A stretch of 63,576 bases of DNA, counting the filler, from Octopus bimaculoides (taxonomy: Eukaryota), in assembly GCF_001194135.2 (NCBI RefSeq). It is 9 parts of 7 records of this genome, joined end to end, with 100 filler letters (N's around TTAATTAATTAA, not from the genome) between each part and the next. Parts side by side here need not be neighbours in the genome. Positions count along the whole stretch, not along the records: positions 61,311 to 63,576 come from NW_026435308.1; 8 more parts are not named here. The stretch is one strand, 5' to 3'. This document shows positions 63,147-63,576 of the stretch, piece by piece. The notes under the pieces were generated by a model, which was given only the letters and a program-made list of their open reading frames with translations, ran no database searches and was not told the origin of the DNA. The stretch's first letter is position 1; the number at the start of each line of letters is the position of its first letter. The position numbers and the translations under genes are program-made.

Positions 63147-63576
63147 CAATTCACTACAAAAAAGCATGCACACACACACACACTTATACACAAGCCATAC
63201 ACATATATGGTCGTGTGTTTTTTACGTTCATGGAACTTTAAGAAACATGAAGAGCTAAGTCAACGTGTTATTCAATAAACACAACACCAACAATATGTGT
63301 CGAGAGTTACTTCCAGCCAGGGCCGTCTCACTAGCATTATTGGCCCCCGGGCAAATCAATATACTCGGCCCAATAGTATTTACTTATTAAATTGCAAATC
63401 ACGGCATACATAATCTAGAACTGGGCTCCTAGACCCGTGAGGACCCCGGGCAAACTGATTGGTATGCCGTACCTCAAAACATTACTGCATCTGTTCATTT
63501 ATTCACTCATTCAGGTGTCTACATGTATACATACATACATACATATATACATACATACATACGTACACACGTACAC

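Noticed and set aside
63318-63470. CAGGGCCG-starting segment resembling an hAT MITE end
   Set aside because: No matching right TIR or 8-bp TSD could be identified.

Overview
Eukaryotic, AT-rich, repeat-dominated animal DNA. The SINE/LINE repertoire and microsatellite density look like an octopus (cephalopod) draft genome; this is inferred, not proven. The window is not one locus. Eight identical 100-bp linkers (N44-TTAATTAATTAA-N44) join nine unrelated small scaffolds: 1-4334, 4435-8416, 8517-22982, 23083-28655, 28756-34308, 34409-46854, 46955-59125, 59226-61210 and 61311-63576. The only host gene I can support is two coding exons of an ATAD5/ELG1-like gene (29259-29666 and 30958-31760 or -31806). 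The rest is microsatellites, assembly gaps, at least three tRNA-derived SINE families, and decayed mobile elements. These include a Naiad-type Penelope-like element with an N-terminal GIY-YIG domain, R4/Dong-like, Tx1/L1-like, CRE-like, RTE and CR1-group LINEs, mariners, Helitron ends, MITEs and a probable solo LTR. The most interesting signal is a set of minimal type-I hammerhead ribozyme motifs in small non-coding elements. One is a TSD-flanked element that combines a tRNA-type Pol III promoter, a hammerhead and a Penelope-style inverted 5' end (16491-16823). Another is a palindrome of circularly permuted ~150-nt hammerhead-bearing monomers (22708-22982). Together they suggest retrozyme-like or Penelope-dependent SINE systems. 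Several unrelated retroelements also sit at or within (AAT)n microsatellites. All family assignments come from motif recognition by eye, with no database search.
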